In this document: positions 51,626 through 62,751 of the stretch, piece by piece
Layout: each line of letters begins with the position of its first letter
How positions within the stretch are numbered: the first letter of the stretch is position 1
Assembly (NCBI GenBank): GCA_051531975.1
Contig: JAOPTT010000006.1
Span: 64,656 to 128,655, forward strand
Length of the DNA stretch: 64,000 nucleotides
Origin: Spirochaetaceae bacterium
GTDB lineage: Bacteria; Spirochaetota; Spirochaetia; DSM-2461
Direction of reading: 5' to 3'
Made by a program: the position numbers and the translations under genes
The notes under the pieces: generated by a model
Database searches by the model: none
Told to the model about the DNA's origin: nothing
What the model saw: the letters and a program-made list of their open reading frames with translations, nothing else

Positions 51626-51670
51626 TTGACTCATATTCAAAAAGAGTGGAATATTAATGTGGTTAATATT
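51626..51670 (+). promoter_or_regulatory. Promoter and putative TetR operator for the MFS-hydrolase operon
   Basis: TTGACT -35 at 51626; inverted repeat AATATTAA-N5-TTAATATT (51650-70) over the -10/+1 region. Confidence 0.5.
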
Positions 51671-51697
51671 TTTAATGGCATTAATCGGGAGTTTATA

Positions 51698-53053
51698 ATG
51701 AAAGAAAAATTACCTATGAATAAAATATTAGTTTATTCTGTTGGACAGTTAGGATGGTCAATCCTTGTTAATATCGTTAGTTTACAACTAGTTTACTTTT
51801 ATATTCCACCAGAAGGTTCAGGAATAGAGCTACGAATAACCCAAGCGGTATTCTTAGTAGTATTAAACACTTTAACCCTACTAGCAGCCAGTGGCCGTTT
51901 ATTCGATGCTATAACAGATCCATTAATTGCTAATTTAAGTGATAGATGGAAAGGTAAAAGGGGTAGACGTATTCCTTTTCTCTTAGCAGGTGCAGCACCA
52001 GCAGCAATATTTTGTACTCTGATGTTTATTCCGATTGTTGATGGAGTTAGTCCATGGAATATAGTTTGGCTCTTTACTATGCAAATCTTTTTCTATCTAT
52101 TTTTGACTGTTTATGTAACTCCTTATTTTGCATTATTACCAGAATTAGGACATACATCAGATGAAAAACTTAACTTATCTACATGGATATCAATAACTTA
52201 TGCTTTAGGTATTGTTGTTGCTTCTATGGTTCCAAATATAGCTAGTATGTTAAATGTTGCAGATAAAGTAAAATCAATTCAGATTGCTATAGGAATTGTT
52301 TCGACTTTTGCTATGTTATGTATGTTGATACCAGCCTTTTTTATAGATGAAAAAAAATATGCACATAGTGAACCATCAAATATACCACTTTTAAAAGCGT
52401 TAAAACGTACGTTTAAAAATATAAATTTTAAATATTATGTTGTTGCAGACTTTTCATACTTTATGGGAATGACAATTATTATGACAGGTTTATTATATTA
52501 TATAACTGTATTATTAGGTCTTTCTGAAGGTATTATGGGTATATTATTGCCATTAATGGTTTTTGTTTCTTTTATTTTTTATCCATTTGTAAATTTATTT
52601 GCAAAAAAATATGGTAAAAAACATCTAATTATAGGATCATTTTTCATGATGGGTGGAATATTCTTTTTTATATTCTTTTTAGGAAAATTTCCTATTTCTA
52701 AAACATTACAGGCATTTTTAGTAGTAATATTGTATTCGATACCATTATCGTTTTTAGGTGTTTTACCTAATGCGGTATTAGCAGATATTGCTGAACATGA
52801 TGCATTAAAAAGTGGTATAAAACAGGAAGGTATGTTTTTTGCAGCAAGAACTCTAATGCAAAAATTTGGTCAAACTTTTGGTGTTTTATCTTTTGCCGCT
52901 CTAACTTCTTTTGGTAAAGATCCTGGAGATGATTTTGGAATAAGAGTAAGTGGTTTATTAGGGTTTGGATTATGTCTGTTTGCAGGAGCATTTTTTCTTA
53001 AATATAATGAGAAAAAGTTATTAAAAGAGACAAGAGAGTTACAGGAGAACTAG
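51698..53053 (+). CDS. MFS transporter, glycoside-pentoside-hexuronide (MelB-like) family
   Basis: [18 protein letters not shown]...[24 protein letters not shown]...EGMFFA; ATG 51698 with SD GGGAG. Confidence 0.92.
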   Translation: MKEKLPMNKILVYSVGQLGWSILVNIVSLQLVYFYIPPEGSGIELRITQAVFLVVLNTLTLLAASGRLFDAITDPLIANLSDRWKGKRGRRIPFLLAGAAPAAIFCTLMFIPIVDGVSPWNIVWLFTMQIFFYLFLTVYVTPYFALLPELGHTSDEKLNLSTWISITYALGIVVASMVPNIASMLNVADKVKSIQIAIGIVSTFAMLCMLIPAFFIDEKKYAHSEPSNIPLLKALKRTFKNINFKYYVVADFSYFMGMTIIMTGLLYYITVLLGLSEGIMGILLPLMVFVSFIFYPFVNLFAKKYGKKHLIIGSFFMMGGIFFFIFFLGKFPISKTLQAFLVVILYSIPLSFLGVLPNAVLADIAEHDALKSGIKQEGMFFAARTLMQKFGQTFGVLSFAALTSFGKDPGDDFGIRVSGLLGFGLCLFAGAFFLKYNEKKLLKETRELQEN

Positions 53054-53949
53054 TGTTAATAATAATTGTTACAATAATAATTTTAATATCTGCTTTAGGA
53101 TTCTATTTTTCTGGAAAAGTTATAAATATCAAAGTTCGTGATATGGATGTTTCATTTAATAAATTAATTAGATCGGGTGAATTTACTAGTGAGCAGTTTA
53201 ACAAACTTAATAAAGAAAACATTTCAATTAAATCTGATTATGGCTATCAGCTGAATGGTTTTTATATTACAAAAAACAAAACTAAAACAGATAAAGTCAT
53301 GGTGATTAGCCATGGGGTTGGTAATAATATATATTATTCTGTTAAGTATGCACTTTTATTTTTAGCTGAAGGATTTGATGTTGTTATTTATGATCACAGG
53401 CGACATGGTAATACTTTAGGCAAGTTTTCTACCTATGGATATCATGAAAAACATGATTTAGAAAAAATAATACAATATGTTAAAACTTCAAACTCTGAAG
53501 CTACAATTATAGGTATTCATGGTGAATCTATGGGTGCCGCAATAGCTTTACAAAATGCAGGAGAGTATAATAGTGCTAACTTCTACATCTTTGATTGTCC
53601 ATATTCAGATTTAAAGGATCAATTACAGTATAGATTACAGCTTGAATTTAAATTAAATGGTTTTTTAATAATGCCACTTGTAAATATAATTATCTTTTTT
53701 AGAACAGGCTTTCATTTTAATAAAGTATCCCCAATAACATATGTAAAAAAAATAAATAAACCTGCAATGTTTATTACAACTGAAGGAGATACATATATTC
53801 CACCTTATATGACTAAAGATCTCTATAATGAAAAAGTTGGTGTTAAAAAATTATTTGTTGCTAAAGAGGGTGATCATGCAGAAGCATTTGTTAAGAATAA
53901 AGACGAATATATAAATGAAATAAAATATTTTTTAAATGATGTAATATAA
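53053..53949 (+). CDS. Membrane-anchored alpha/beta hydrolase
   Basis: SHGVG, YDHRRHG, GIHGESMGAA nucleophile elbow, DTYIP, GDHAEA. Confidence 0.9.
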   Translation: MLIIIVTIIILISALGFYFSGKVINIKVRDMDVSFNKLIRSGEFTSEQFNKLNKENISIKSDYGYQLNGFYITKNKTKTDKVMVISHGVGNNIYYSVKYALLFLAEGFDVVIYDHRRHGNTLGKFSTYGYHEKHDLEKIIQYVKTSNSEATIIGIHGESMGAAIALQNAGEYNSANFYIFDCPYSDLKDQLQYRLQLEFKLNGFLIMPLVNIIIFFRTGFHFNKVSPITYVKKINKPAMFITTEGDTYIPPYMTKDLYNEKVGVKKLFVAKEGDHAEAFVKNKDEYINEIKYFLNDVI

Positions 53950-53958
53950 TCAGTTTAT

Positions 53959-53985
53959 AATACCCGATATAAAATCGGGTATTTT
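53959..53985. terminator. Hairpin terminator between convergent genes
   Basis: AATACCCGAT-ataaa-ATCGGGTATT. Confidence 0.75.
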
Positions 53986-53988
53986 GTA

Positions 53989-54432
53989 TTATAATTTATC
54001 GATATCCATAATTTTATCAATTCTTCTTTGATGTCTATCACCACCAAAATCAGTTTTAATAAACATGTTTATCATATCTTCTACAGTGTCTGTATACTCT
54101 ATACGTCCACCAAAAGTAATAAAGTCTGCATTATTATGATTTTTAGCCATTTCTGCTGTAAATAAGTTGTGGATTAGTGCACATCTTATCCCAGGTACTT
54201 TATTTGCTGCCATTGATATACCTATACCCGTACCACAACATAATATTCCAAATTCATAATCTTTTGATTTATACTCATTACAAGCTTTTAGGGCTAGATC
54301 AGGATAATCTGCTGACTCTTCACCATCAACACCAATATTTGTAACACTATAACCTAATGATTCTAAATGTTTAATTATTTTTACTTTTAACTCTGTTGCC
54401 CCATGATCGTTAGCAATTACTACACTTTTCAT
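53989..54432 (-). CDS. rpiB: Ribose-5-phosphate isomerase B
   Basis: IANDHGA, DYPD, CGTGIGISMAANKVPGIRCA, HNNA, GDRHQRRIDKI. Confidence 0.95.
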   Translation of the reverse strand: MKSVVIANDHGATELKVKIIKHLESLGYSVTNIGVDGEESADYPDLALKACNEYKSKDYEFGILCCGTGIGISMAANKVPGIRCALIHNLFTAEMAKNHNNADFITFGGRIEYTDTVEDMINMFIKTDFGGDRHQRRIDKIMDIDKL

Positions 54433-54457
54433 TAATAAAACTCCTTAATATACTATA

Positions 54458-56059
54458 TTAATAAAGTCTTAGCTTGTCACCAATATTTAACATACTTTTA
54501 CTATTTAAATTATTCAGATGTAGAAGATCCTGATAAGGAACGTTTGTTTTTTGTGCAATTAACCAGACAGAGTCACCATTTTTAACAACGTAAATTTTGT
54601 TTGGACTGTTAGTTTTAATACTTTTTGTCTGGACTGGATAACCTGGTAGTCGTATAATTTGTCCAATCCGTAAAATTGATCTAGAATTCAGACCATTTTC
54701 ATTATATAAAGAATTTAGTTTTATATTATATTTTATTGATATACTAGATATGGTATCACCACTTCTCACTCTGTATGTTTGTAAATTATTACTACTACTT
54801 TTATAGTTAACTGTATGGGTTGTAGTTTTAGCACTGCTGTTTGTTTGCCTAGATCCTGGTAAAAGTAAACGTTGTCCAATTTTCAGGTTGTTAGATCCAT
54901 AATTATTTAACCTCTTTAAACTAATTATAGAAGTATTTGTAAGCTTGGATAAAAACCACCAAGAATCACCACTACGTACAGTATAATAATTGTAACCACT
55001 GTTTGTTATTGGTTTTGCAGTTTTTAAATATGCTATTGCTTTATCTTCTCTGTTTATTGGCACAATTATTTTTGAATAAGCTGATGGGTTACTTACTTTT
55101 CTTCTATATTCGGGATTGAATTTTAAGAATTCAGACCAACTAATACCAATATTTTTAGAAAGTTCATATAGATCAGTTCCACCTGGTATTTTAACTAGAC
55201 TTACTTCATTTGTTAGATCCCAATTAATTGGTTCAAACCCAAGAAGATCTAAGTTTTTCATTATTTTTACAATTGCTAGGTATTGAGGGACATACCTTCT
55301 AGTCTCTTTAGGAAGAGCAGTTGTTTTAATTAATTCAAAATAATTATATTCATTCACTTTTTTCATTGCTCTTGCAATTCTTCCCTCTCCAGCATTATAA
55401 GCTGCTAGGGCAGTGTACCAATTTCCAAATAAATTATTTAAGTATTCTAGGTGTTTTATAGCAAATGGTGTTGCTAACCTTGGACTTCTTCTTTGATCTG
55501 TCCACCAATTTATTTTTAATCCATAACTAGTCGCTGTTCTAGGCATAAACTGCCATATTCCTCCAGCACCAACTCTGGAATATGCATTAACATTATATCC
55601 ACTTTCTAAAAATGGTAGAAATATTAATTCTAAAGGTAGTCCTTTTGAAATAATTTCTTGTTTAACAAATGGTATCGTTTCTCTTGAGTTATCAATCCAT
55701 AAATTTAATAAATCTTTTTTATCTCTTAAAAAATATTTAAAATAATGGGCAACTTCAATATTTGCTTCTAATTCAAGACCTTCACTATTTTGTAATATTA
55801 AAAGTTCTGTTTCTGTAAATGCAGTATCGTTTTTAATTGTTGGATAAGAGCCACCTTTTAAGACAGTTAAATCATAATTTTTTATTGTATCTTCTGTAAT
55901 AAGATTTTCAGGAGTTTCTATAATTTCAATTATTTCAATATTTTCAACTTTTATACTTTCTGTTATTTCGGTAGTGATAATTTTAGTCTCTACAGTCTTA
56001 GTTGTAGTACAACTAACAATGATAAAAACTAAAAAATAAAAACAATACTTTTTTCTCAT
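54458..56059 (-). CDS. mltD: MltD-like lytic transglycosylase lipoprotein with three LysM domains
   Basis: Lipobox IIVSC; LESGYN...GAGGIWQFMPRTA, ALAAYNAGEG, ETRRYVP; LysM YTVRSGDS, YRVRSGDT, YVVKNGDS. Confidence 0.9.
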   Translation of the reverse strand: MRKKYCFYFLVFIIVSCTTTKTVETKIITTEITESIKVENIEIIEIIETPENLITEDTIKNYDLTVLKGGSYPTIKNDTAFTETELLILQNSEGLELEANIEVAHYFKYFLRDKKDLLNLWIDNSRETIPFVKQEIISKGLPLELIFLPFLESGYNVNAYSRVGAGGIWQFMPRTATSYGLKINWWTDQRRSPRLATPFAIKHLEYLNNLFGNWYTALAAYNAGEGRIARAMKKVNEYNYFELIKTTALPKETRRYVPQYLAIVKIMKNLDLLGFEPINWDLTNEVSLVKIPGGTDLYELSKNIGISWSEFLKFNPEYRRKVSNPSAYSKIIVPINREDKAIAYLKTAKPITNSGYNYYTVRSGDSWWFLSKLTNTSIISLKRLNNYGSNNLKIGQRLLLPGSRQTNSSAKTTTHTVNYKSSSNNLQTYRVRSGDTISSISIKYNIKLNSLYNENGLNSRSILRIGQIIRLPGYPVQTKSIKTNSPNKIYVVKNGDSVWLIAQKTNVPYQDLLHLNNLNSKSMLNIGDKLRLY

Positions 56060-56094
56060 ATAAAAAGTATCGACCTAGTGGAAGTAAAAATCAA

Positions 56095-56886
56095 CTAACT
56101 TAAAAGAGACTCATCGTTAATATAATTTTGTGATCGAATATCATGAAATTTTTGTACTAAAGCATTAACAGTTAGTGCTTGTTTTTCTTCACCAGAAATA
56201 TCAAAAATAATTTCACCTTTGTCCATCATTAATAATCGATTACCGTATTTTATTGCATGTTCCATGTTATGGGTAATCATCATTGCTGTTAACTCATAAT
56301 CACTAATAAATTTTTCTGTTAATTCCAATACTTTTTGAGCATTCCTAGGGTCTAGGGCTGCTGTGTGCTCATCTAATAAAACTAATCTAGGATTACTTAA
56401 AACCATCATAAGTAGGGTTAATGCTTGTCTTTGTCCACCAGAAAATAGACCAACATTATCTTTAAGTCGATCTTCTAATTCCATATTTAAAACACTTAGT
56501 TTTTCTTTAAATATTTCTCTTTTTTTACTATTTAAAGATATTTTTAACCCTTTAAAACCCTTACTGCTTGTTATGACCATATTGTCTTCTAAAGTCATCT
56601 TTCCTGCTGTACCCAAAAGGGGGTTTTGAAAAATTCTACCTATGTATTGAGATCTCTTATGTTCCTTAATATTTGTAATATCTTTGTTATCTAATTCTAT
56701 TGTTCCAGAAGTAACAGGTAGATTCCCAGAAATCATGTTAAAAAGTGTAGATTTACCTGCACCATTACTACCAATTATAGTTATAAAGTCACCTTTTGTT
56801 ATTTCTAGATTTATATTATTTAATACATGGTTCTCATTTACAGTATTTGGGTTGAATATTTTGTTTAAGTTCTCAATTTTAACCAT
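56095..56886 (-). CDS. ABC transporter ATP-binding protein
   Basis: GSNGAGKST, FSGGQRQ, LLDEHTAALDP, ITH. Confidence 0.95.
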   Translation of the reverse strand: MVKIENLNKIFNPNTVNENHVLNNINLEITKGDFITIIGSNGAGKSTLFNMISGNLPVTSGTIELDNKDITNIKEHKRSQYIGRIFQNPLLGTAGKMTLEDNMVITSSKGFKGLKISLNSKKREIFKEKLSVLNMELEDRLKDNVGLFSGGQRQALTLLMMVLSNPRLVLLDEHTAALDPRNAQKVLELTEKFISDYELTAMMITHNMEHAIKYGNRLLMMDKGEIIFDISGEEKQALTVNALVQKFHDIRSQNYINDESLLS

Positions 56887-57754
56887 TTTTTTGACCTCTT
56901 TTACTAAATTTTGTCACTATTAAAATAATAACAATCAAAAGACCAGTAAATAATTTATGGTCGGTTGGGTATACCAATAGTGGTCTAGATAAAAATAGAA
57001 TTCCTCGATAAATTGTAGCTCCAATAATTACTCTAATTAATAATAAGGATATTTTATTACTTTTAACTACAAGCTCTCCAATCATAACGGATGCTAATCC
57101 AACTATTACAACACCAATACCCATATTTATATCTGCAAATTTTTGATATTGGGCGACAAAACCACCAGCAATTGCAACTATTCCATTAGATAGACTTAAA
57201 CCAATTATTTTAAGATGTTCAGGATTCATTCCCTGGTTAATAATCATCTGTTCGTTATCACCAAGAGCACCCAAACATAGACCTAAATCAGTATGAAAAA
57301 ATCTGTTTAAGATTAAAATTACTATAATAATAATTATTAAAAATATTACAAAATACGCAACTGCTCTTGTTGGAATAAATGCTTTTGTTAAATCTACAAA
57401 CTTAGAGAGTAGAGTTGGAACTCTATTTAATGATATAAAAGGTGCCTTCATTATTCTCATATTTACAGAATATAACATTATCATTGTTAAAATACTTGCT
57501 AAAAGGCTAGGTACTTTTAACTTATTATGTATAAGTGCAGTTATAGAGCCAGCAATGGCTCCACATAAAAAAGCTAATAAGAAAGCTAGGAAAATAGGAA
57601 TTCCTGTTAATAGACATTTAGCCATTACAGCTGCTCCTAATGGAAATGAACCATCAACAGTTAAGTCTGGAAAATCTAATACCCTAAAAGTGATAAATAC
57701 TCCTAGAGCCAATAAACCATAAATAAGCCCTTCAACAAAAATTCCTTCTAACAC
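56879..57754 (-). CDS. ABC transporter permease
   Basis: GVFITFRVLDFPDLTVDGSFPLG, GLASVMIGE. Confidence 0.92.
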   Translation of the reverse strand: MLEGIFVEGLIYGLLALGVFITFRVLDFPDLTVDGSFPLGAAVMAKCLLTGIPIFLAFLLAFLCGAIAGSITALIHNKLKVPSLLASILTMIMLYSVNMRIMKAPFISLNRVPTLLSKFVDLTKAFIPTRAVAYFVIFLIIIIIVILILNRFFHTDLGLCLGALGDNEQMIINQGMNPEHLKIIGLSLSNGIVAIAGGFVAQYQKFADINMGIGVVIVGLASVMIGELVVKSNKISLLLIRVIIGATIYRGILFLSRPLLVYPTDHKLFTGLLIVIILIVTKFSKRGQKNG

Positions 57755-57755
57755 A

Positions 57756-58736
57756 TTATTCTCCTAAAATAGTAGTAGCTTGTTTCTTAATATCTTCTGG
57801 TATAGTTATACCAATATTTTTAGCAACGTCAAGGTTCAGTACAAAATTAAGGTCAGATGGATCAGTTAAAAATACTGTTGGCATCATAGCTGTATCTTTA
57901 CCTTCTAATACTGCTACAGCAACTCTACCAGATGCTAATCCTAATTTATACTGATCGAAACCCATAGCAGCAAATACGTCACCATCTAATGCTGATTGTG
58001 GATCTGCAGTCATTACAGGAACATTTTTTTCGTTGGCAATTTCTAAAATCGCAGGTAATGCAGCAAATATAGTATTGTCATTACTTAAATATAAACCATC
58101 TACTTTATCCATAATTGAAAGAGCAGCTTGTTTAACTTCTGAAGTATTTGTTACAACAGCTTCTACAAATTTAATACCATTAGCATCACAGTAAGCTTTA
58201 GCTACATTTTTTAATGATACACCATTTGCTTCACCTGAATTATATATATGACCTAAAGTTTTAATAGGCGTTATTTGATTTAATAGATCTATCTGAGCTG
58301 CAACTGGTGTCATATCTGATACTCCAGCAATCCCAGGTTCACCAACTGTTAATGAGGTTACAATCCCTGCTGCAACAGGATCAGTTACTGCTGAATAAAC
58401 AACAGGAATATCCTCTAATGTTCCAACTAATGCCATAGCTGTAGGTGTTGCGATACCAATTGCAAGATCAACTTTATCCATTTTAAATTTATTTGCAATC
58501 TGTGTTGCAGTTCCCATATCACCATTTGCATTTTGTCGATCAAACTTTGCATCTGGGAATGTTTCTTTAATTGTATCAATTATTCCTTGTTCAATTGCAT
58601 CAAGAGCTGGGTGAGCTACAATTTTAGAAATACCAATTGTTAGAACTTTATCTTCATCCTGTCCACTAGCAAATAAAGTTACGCTGTTTAAAATCAATAA
58701 CATAGTTAATAATGCTGTAATTACCTTTTTACTCAT
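57756..58736 (-). CDS. ABC transporter substrate-binding protein (aromatic amino acid-type, ABC_sub_bind)
   Basis: HPALDAIEQG, QNANGD, IATPTA, AVTDPVAAG, GVSD; ATG 58736 with SD AAGGAG. Confidence 0.9.
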   Translation of the reverse strand: MSKKVITALLTMLLILNSVTLFASGQDEDKVLTIGISKIVAHPALDAIEQGIIDTIKETFPDAKFDRQNANGDMGTATQIANKFKMDKVDLAIGIATPTAMALVGTLEDIPVVYSAVTDPVAAGIVTSLTVGEPGIAGVSDMTPVAAQIDLLNQITPIKTLGHIYNSGEANGVSLKNVAKAYCDANGIKFVEAVVTNTSEVKQAALSIMDKVDGLYLSNDNTIFAALPAILEIANEKNVPVMTADPQSALDGDVFAAMGFDQYKLGLASGRVAVAVLEGKDTAMMPTVFLTDPSDLNFVLNLDVAKNIGITIPEDIKKQATTILGE

Positions 58737-58866
58737 ATAATTCTCCTTGTTCTTATCAATAGAAACATGCTTTGAAAAAAAAATCAATATAATTACAAAA
58801 TATTAATAGGTTTTTTATTGTCCACTTATCATGCAAGCAGTATATTTAAACAATAAGGAGATTATA

Positions 58867-59559
58867 ATGGATAATAATACATATCAATTTCAATCAGCTA
58901 GAGTTAATGAGTCTAGTGTAATAAAAAATATATTTATGTGGATGGCTGCAGGATTGGCTTTAACAGGTTTTGTATCCCATACACTATTCACAAACGGTTT
59001 AGCATACAAAATAGCAGCTAGTGGCTTAATGTTTCCTCTATTAATAGCTGAAATTGCGCTAGTGTTTGTAATAAGTAGAAATATCATGAAGTATAAAGCG
59101 ACAACAGGAATTATGTTGTTTTTAATTTACGCGGCACTGAATGGAGTAACTTTAAGTTCTATATTTTTATATTATACAATGGGTTCAATAGCCAATACAT
59201 TTTTTATAAGTGGTGGACTTTTTGCAGTAATGGCATTTTATGGTATGACTACAAAAAGAGACCTAACAAAAATGGGCACCTACGCTATTATGGCACTATT
59301 TGGCCTGATAATAGCGACTGTAGTTAACTTTTTTCTTCAAAGTTCTGGTTTTTACTACATTATATCTTTTGTTGGGGTAGTAATATTTACTGGTTTAACA
59401 GCTTACGATGTTCAGAAGTTTACAAAAATTAGCCAACAAATTGGTAGTGAACAAGGTGATGTTGCAATGAAGATTTCAATAATTGGTGCTCTTAATCTAT
59501 ATTTAGATTTTATCAACTTATTTCTTTTTATGTTAAGATTTATGGGAAGAAGAAGATAA
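58867..59559 (+). CDS. Bax inhibitor-1/YccA family membrane protein
   Basis: WMAAGLALT, YAALNGVTLS, FTGLTAYDVQK, GALNLYLDFINLF; SD AAGGAG. Confidence 0.95.
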   Translation: MDNNTYQFQSARVNESSVIKNIFMWMAAGLALTGFVSHTLFTNGLAYKIAASGLMFPLLIAEIALVFVISRNIMKYKATTGIMLFLIYAALNGVTLSSIFLYYTMGSIANTFFISGGLFAVMAFYGMTTKRDLTKMGTYAIMALFGLIIATVVNFFLQSSGFYYIISFVGVVIFTGLTAYDVQKFTKISQQIGSEQGDVAMKISIIGALNLYLDFINLFLFMLRFMGRRR

Positions 59560-59560
59560 T

Positions 59561-60859
59561 ATGGAAAAAGAATCAAAAATACTCGCAAATGAATTATTAA
59601 AGTTTATAGATGCATCTCCAGTTTCATATTTTGCTGTAAAAAATATGATTACAGAATTAGAAGAAGCTGGATATAAGATGTTAAATGAAGGTGATAAATG
59701 GAAATTAGAGGATGATGGTAAGTATTACATACAGAGAAACCTAAGCTCTCTAATCGCCTTTAATATTGGTTCATCTAAACCCTGGGATACTGGTTTTAAA
59801 ATAGCCGGAGCACATACTGATAGTCCACTGTTAAAAGCAAAAAACGAGTCTTTGGAAAAAAAGGCTGGTTGTTTAAAATTAAATGTAGAACCATATGGTG
59901 GTGGAATTATAAACACTTGGTTAGATAGGGATTTATCTTTAGCTGGTAAAATAACAGTAGAGACCAAAAATGGAATAGTGAGCCAGTTAATAGACTTTAA
60001 AAAACCTATTGGTACTATTCCAAATTTAGCAATTCATCTGAATAGAGAAGTTAATAAAGGTTTTGAATATAATAAACAGACTCATCTGAATGTTGTTTTA
60101 CATGGTGGAGTTGATAGTTTTGAAGATGATATAACACTTAAGGCAATAGTTGCTAAAGAGTTTAATATTGATGTTGATACCATTTTAGAGATGGACTTAT
60201 ATTTTTATGATACTCAAAATGGATCTTTAACTGGATTGAATGAGGATATGATAAGTATTGGAAAGTTAGATGATTTATCAATGTGTCATGCTATTACCAA
60301 AAGTTTATTAGACTCTAAAGAAACAAATAGTACTAAAATAGCAGTCTTTTTTGATAACGAAGAGGTTGGTAGTAATACAATGATGGGTGCTGATTCAAAC
60401 TTTTTATCCTCATTGTTAGAAAGAATTATATTTTCTACAGGTGGAGATTTAGAAGACCTATTAAGAGCTAAGAATAAAAGTTTTTTAATTAGTGCCGATG
60501 GTGCCCATGCAGGACATCCAAACTTTTTAGATAAACATGACAGTTCCTATACACCAATAATAAACAAGGGTCCTGTTATTAAATTAAGTGCTAACTTTAG
60601 GTATGCAACAACATCAGAAAGTGCTGCAAAATTTATATCATTATGCAAAAAAACTGATGTACCTTATCAGAAAATTGCAAACAGATCCGATGTTCCATCT
60701 GGTAGTACTATAGGTCCAATGTCATCTGCATCTTTAGGAATAGAAACAGTTGATGTAGGGAATCCAATGTTTGCAATGCACAGTATAAGAGAGAGCCAAG
60801 GTGTTTTAGATCACTACTATATGACAAAAGTTTTAACTGAGTTTTTTAGCAGTAATTAA
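59561..60859 (+). CDS. apeB: M18 family aspartyl aminopeptidase
   Basis: GAHTDSP, TWLDRDLSLAG, IPNLAIHL, FDNEEVGS, GSTIGP, AMHSIRE. Confidence 0.93.
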   Translation: MEKESKILANELLKFIDASPVSYFAVKNMITELEEAGYKMLNEGDKWKLEDDGKYYIQRNLSSLIAFNIGSSKPWDTGFKIAGAHTDSPLLKAKNESLEKKAGCLKLNVEPYGGGIINTWLDRDLSLAGKITVETKNGIVSQLIDFKKPIGTIPNLAIHLNREVNKGFEYNKQTHLNVVLHGGVDSFEDDITLKAIVAKEFNIDVDTILEMDLYFYDTQNGSLTGLNEDMISIGKLDDLSMCHAITKSLLDSKETNSTKIAVFFDNEEVGSNTMMGADSNFLSSLLERIIFSTGGDLEDLLRAKNKSFLISADGAHAGHPNFLDKHDSSYTPIINKGPVIKLSANFRYATTSESAAKFISLCKKTDVPYQKIANRSDVPSGSTIGPMSSASLGIETVDVGNPMFAMHSIRESQGVLDHYYMTKVLTEFFSSN

Positions 60860-60949
60860 TTTATTACATCATAATAAAAGCTGATATAGTTGAAAAAAAC
60901 AACTAATTAATAATAATATAACCCTATAGGAAGACATTTAGGAGAAAAT

Positions 60950-62686
60950 ATGAATATTAACGATAAGGCTTTAGAATATATTAAGCTTGAAGAGCATGAG
61001 TTTTTTAGAAACGAGGTTCAAACCCTAATTGATACAGGTAACCAGGATGAATTGAATGAGAGGTTTTACCAAGATCTTTCATTTGGAACAGGTGGTTTAC
61101 GTGGAGTAATTGGTGGTGGATACAATAGAATGAATCCGTTTACTGTTAGAAAAGCTACACAAGGATTAGCTAGCTATGTTGTTAATAATGTTGATGGTGA
61201 AAAAAGTGCCGCTATTGCATACGATTCAAGAAATTACTCAGACCTATTCAGTTTAGAAGCAGCTCTAGTATTATGTGCAAATGGTATAAAGACTTATCTG
61301 TTTACTGCACTAAGAGCTACTCCTGTATTGTCTTATACAGTAAGAAAATTTGGATGTACAACTGGTATTGTAATGACAGCAAGTCATAACCCTTCTGAAT
61401 ATAATGGATATAAAGTTTATTGGGACGATGGTGCCCAGGTTACTCCACCCCACGACAGTGGAATTATCGATGAAGTTAGGAAAGTAACTACGGATATTAA
61501 AACAATGTCAAAAGAAGATGCTATTAAACAAGGCCTTCTAATAATGATTGATAAAGAGATCGATGAACCATACTTTGATATGGTAGAAAAAGAAGCTCTA
61601 CGTCCTGAACTAATAAAAGAGAAAGCTAAAGATTTAAAAGTAGTTTTTACTCCGTTACATGGTACAGGTACTTTTCCAATTGAGACACTTTTTAAAAGAT
61701 TAGGTATGCCATTAATTACTGTACCTGAGCAAAGAGAACCAGATGGTAATTTTCCAACTGTCCCATTTCCAAATCCAGAAGAAGCTTCTGCAATGGCACT
61801 CTCTTTAGATTTAGCTAAAAAAGAGAAAGCTGATTTAGTTATTGGAACTGACCCAGATGCAGATAGAATTGGTATTGCAGTACCTGATGGTGACGATTAT
61901 CTATTAATTAATGGAAATCAATTAGGTTCACTTTTAACAGACTATATTTTCAGAACTAGAAAAGAGTTAGGTACTCTTCCTAAAAATCCAGCATTTGTAA
62001 ATACTATTGTTACAACTGATTTACAGGTAAAAATTGCTGAAAGTTATGGTGCTACATGTTTTAAAGTTTTAACAGGTTTTAAATTCATTGGTGCTAAAAT
62101 GAAAGAGTTTGAAGAGAGTGGGGAGTATAATTACGTATTTGGTGGTGAAGAGAGTTACGGTTTCTTAGTAGAGACATCAGTTAGGGATAAAGATGCTCTA
62201 TCAGCTGCAACATTGGCTGCAGAGATGGCATTATGGAATGTAAGTCGTGGATTTACAGTTCTTGATCACCTAAATGAAATATATGAAACTTTTGGTTATT
62301 ATAAAGAGACCTTAATCAGTAAATATTTTAAAGGTATTTCTGGTATTCAGATCATGGAAGATTTAATGACTAATTTTAGAGTAAATACACCGACTGAACT
62401 TGGTGGAATTAAAGTTAAATCATTTATCGATTTTAACCAAGGAACTACAAAAGATATTGCAACTGGTAATAGTGTTAAAGATATAGATCTACCTGCATCT
62501 AATGTTCTACAATTTATTTTAGAAGAGGGCAGTATTGTGACTGCTAGACCTTCTGGAACAGAACCTAAAATTAAGTTTTATGCATCTTGTTGTGCAGAAA
62601 AAGGCTTAAAATTAGAAGAAGCTAAAGTTATTGTTAATAAAAAAATTACAGGAATAGAAAAATCATTACAAGTTTATCTTAAATAA
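60950..62686 (+). CDS. Phosphoglucomutase/phosphomannomutase
   Basis: FGTGGLRG, TASHNP, DPDADR, GEESYG, RPSGTEPKIKFY. Confidence 0.95.
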   Translation: MNINDKALEYIKLEEHEFFRNEVQTLIDTGNQDELNERFYQDLSFGTGGLRGVIGGGYNRMNPFTVRKATQGLASYVVNNVDGEKSAAIAYDSRNYSDLFSLEAALVLCANGIKTYLFTALRATPVLSYTVRKFGCTTGIVMTASHNPSEYNGYKVYWDDGAQVTPPHDSGIIDEVRKVTTDIKTMSKEDAIKQGLLIMIDKEIDEPYFDMVEKEALRPELIKEKAKDLKVVFTPLHGTGTFPIETLFKRLGMPLITVPEQREPDGNFPTVPFPNPEEASAMALSLDLAKKEKADLVIGTDPDADRIGIAVPDGDDYLLINGNQLGSLLTDYIFRTRKELGTLPKNPAFVNTIVTTDLQVKIAESYGATCFKVLTGFKFIGAKMKEFEESGEYNYVFGGEESYGFLVETSVRDKDALSAATLAAEMALWNVSRGFTVLDHLNEIYETFGYYKETLISKYFKGISGIQIMEDLMTNFRVNTPTELGGIKVKSFIDFNQGTTKDIATGNSVKDIDLPASNVLQFILEEGSIVTARPSGTEPKIKFYASCCAEKGLKLEEAKVIVNKKITGIEKSLQVYLK

Positions 62687-62702
62687 AATTATCCTTATAA
62701 AT

Positions 62703-62735
62703 AAAAAACCACCTATTCTTATAGGTGGTTTTTTT
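62703..62735. terminator. Bidirectional intrinsic terminator
   Basis: AAAAAACCACCTAT-tctt-ATAGGTGGTTTTTT between convergent genes. Confidence 0.88.
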
Positions 62736-62751
62736 GTATCAAATGTGTTTA

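Noticed and set aside
51575..51697. Longest-ORF N-terminal extensions (MFS; also 39651, 42066, 43505, 58787, 58831)
   Set aside because: Downstream starts have SDs and/or give proper signal peptides; the extensions overlap promoters or neighbouring genes.
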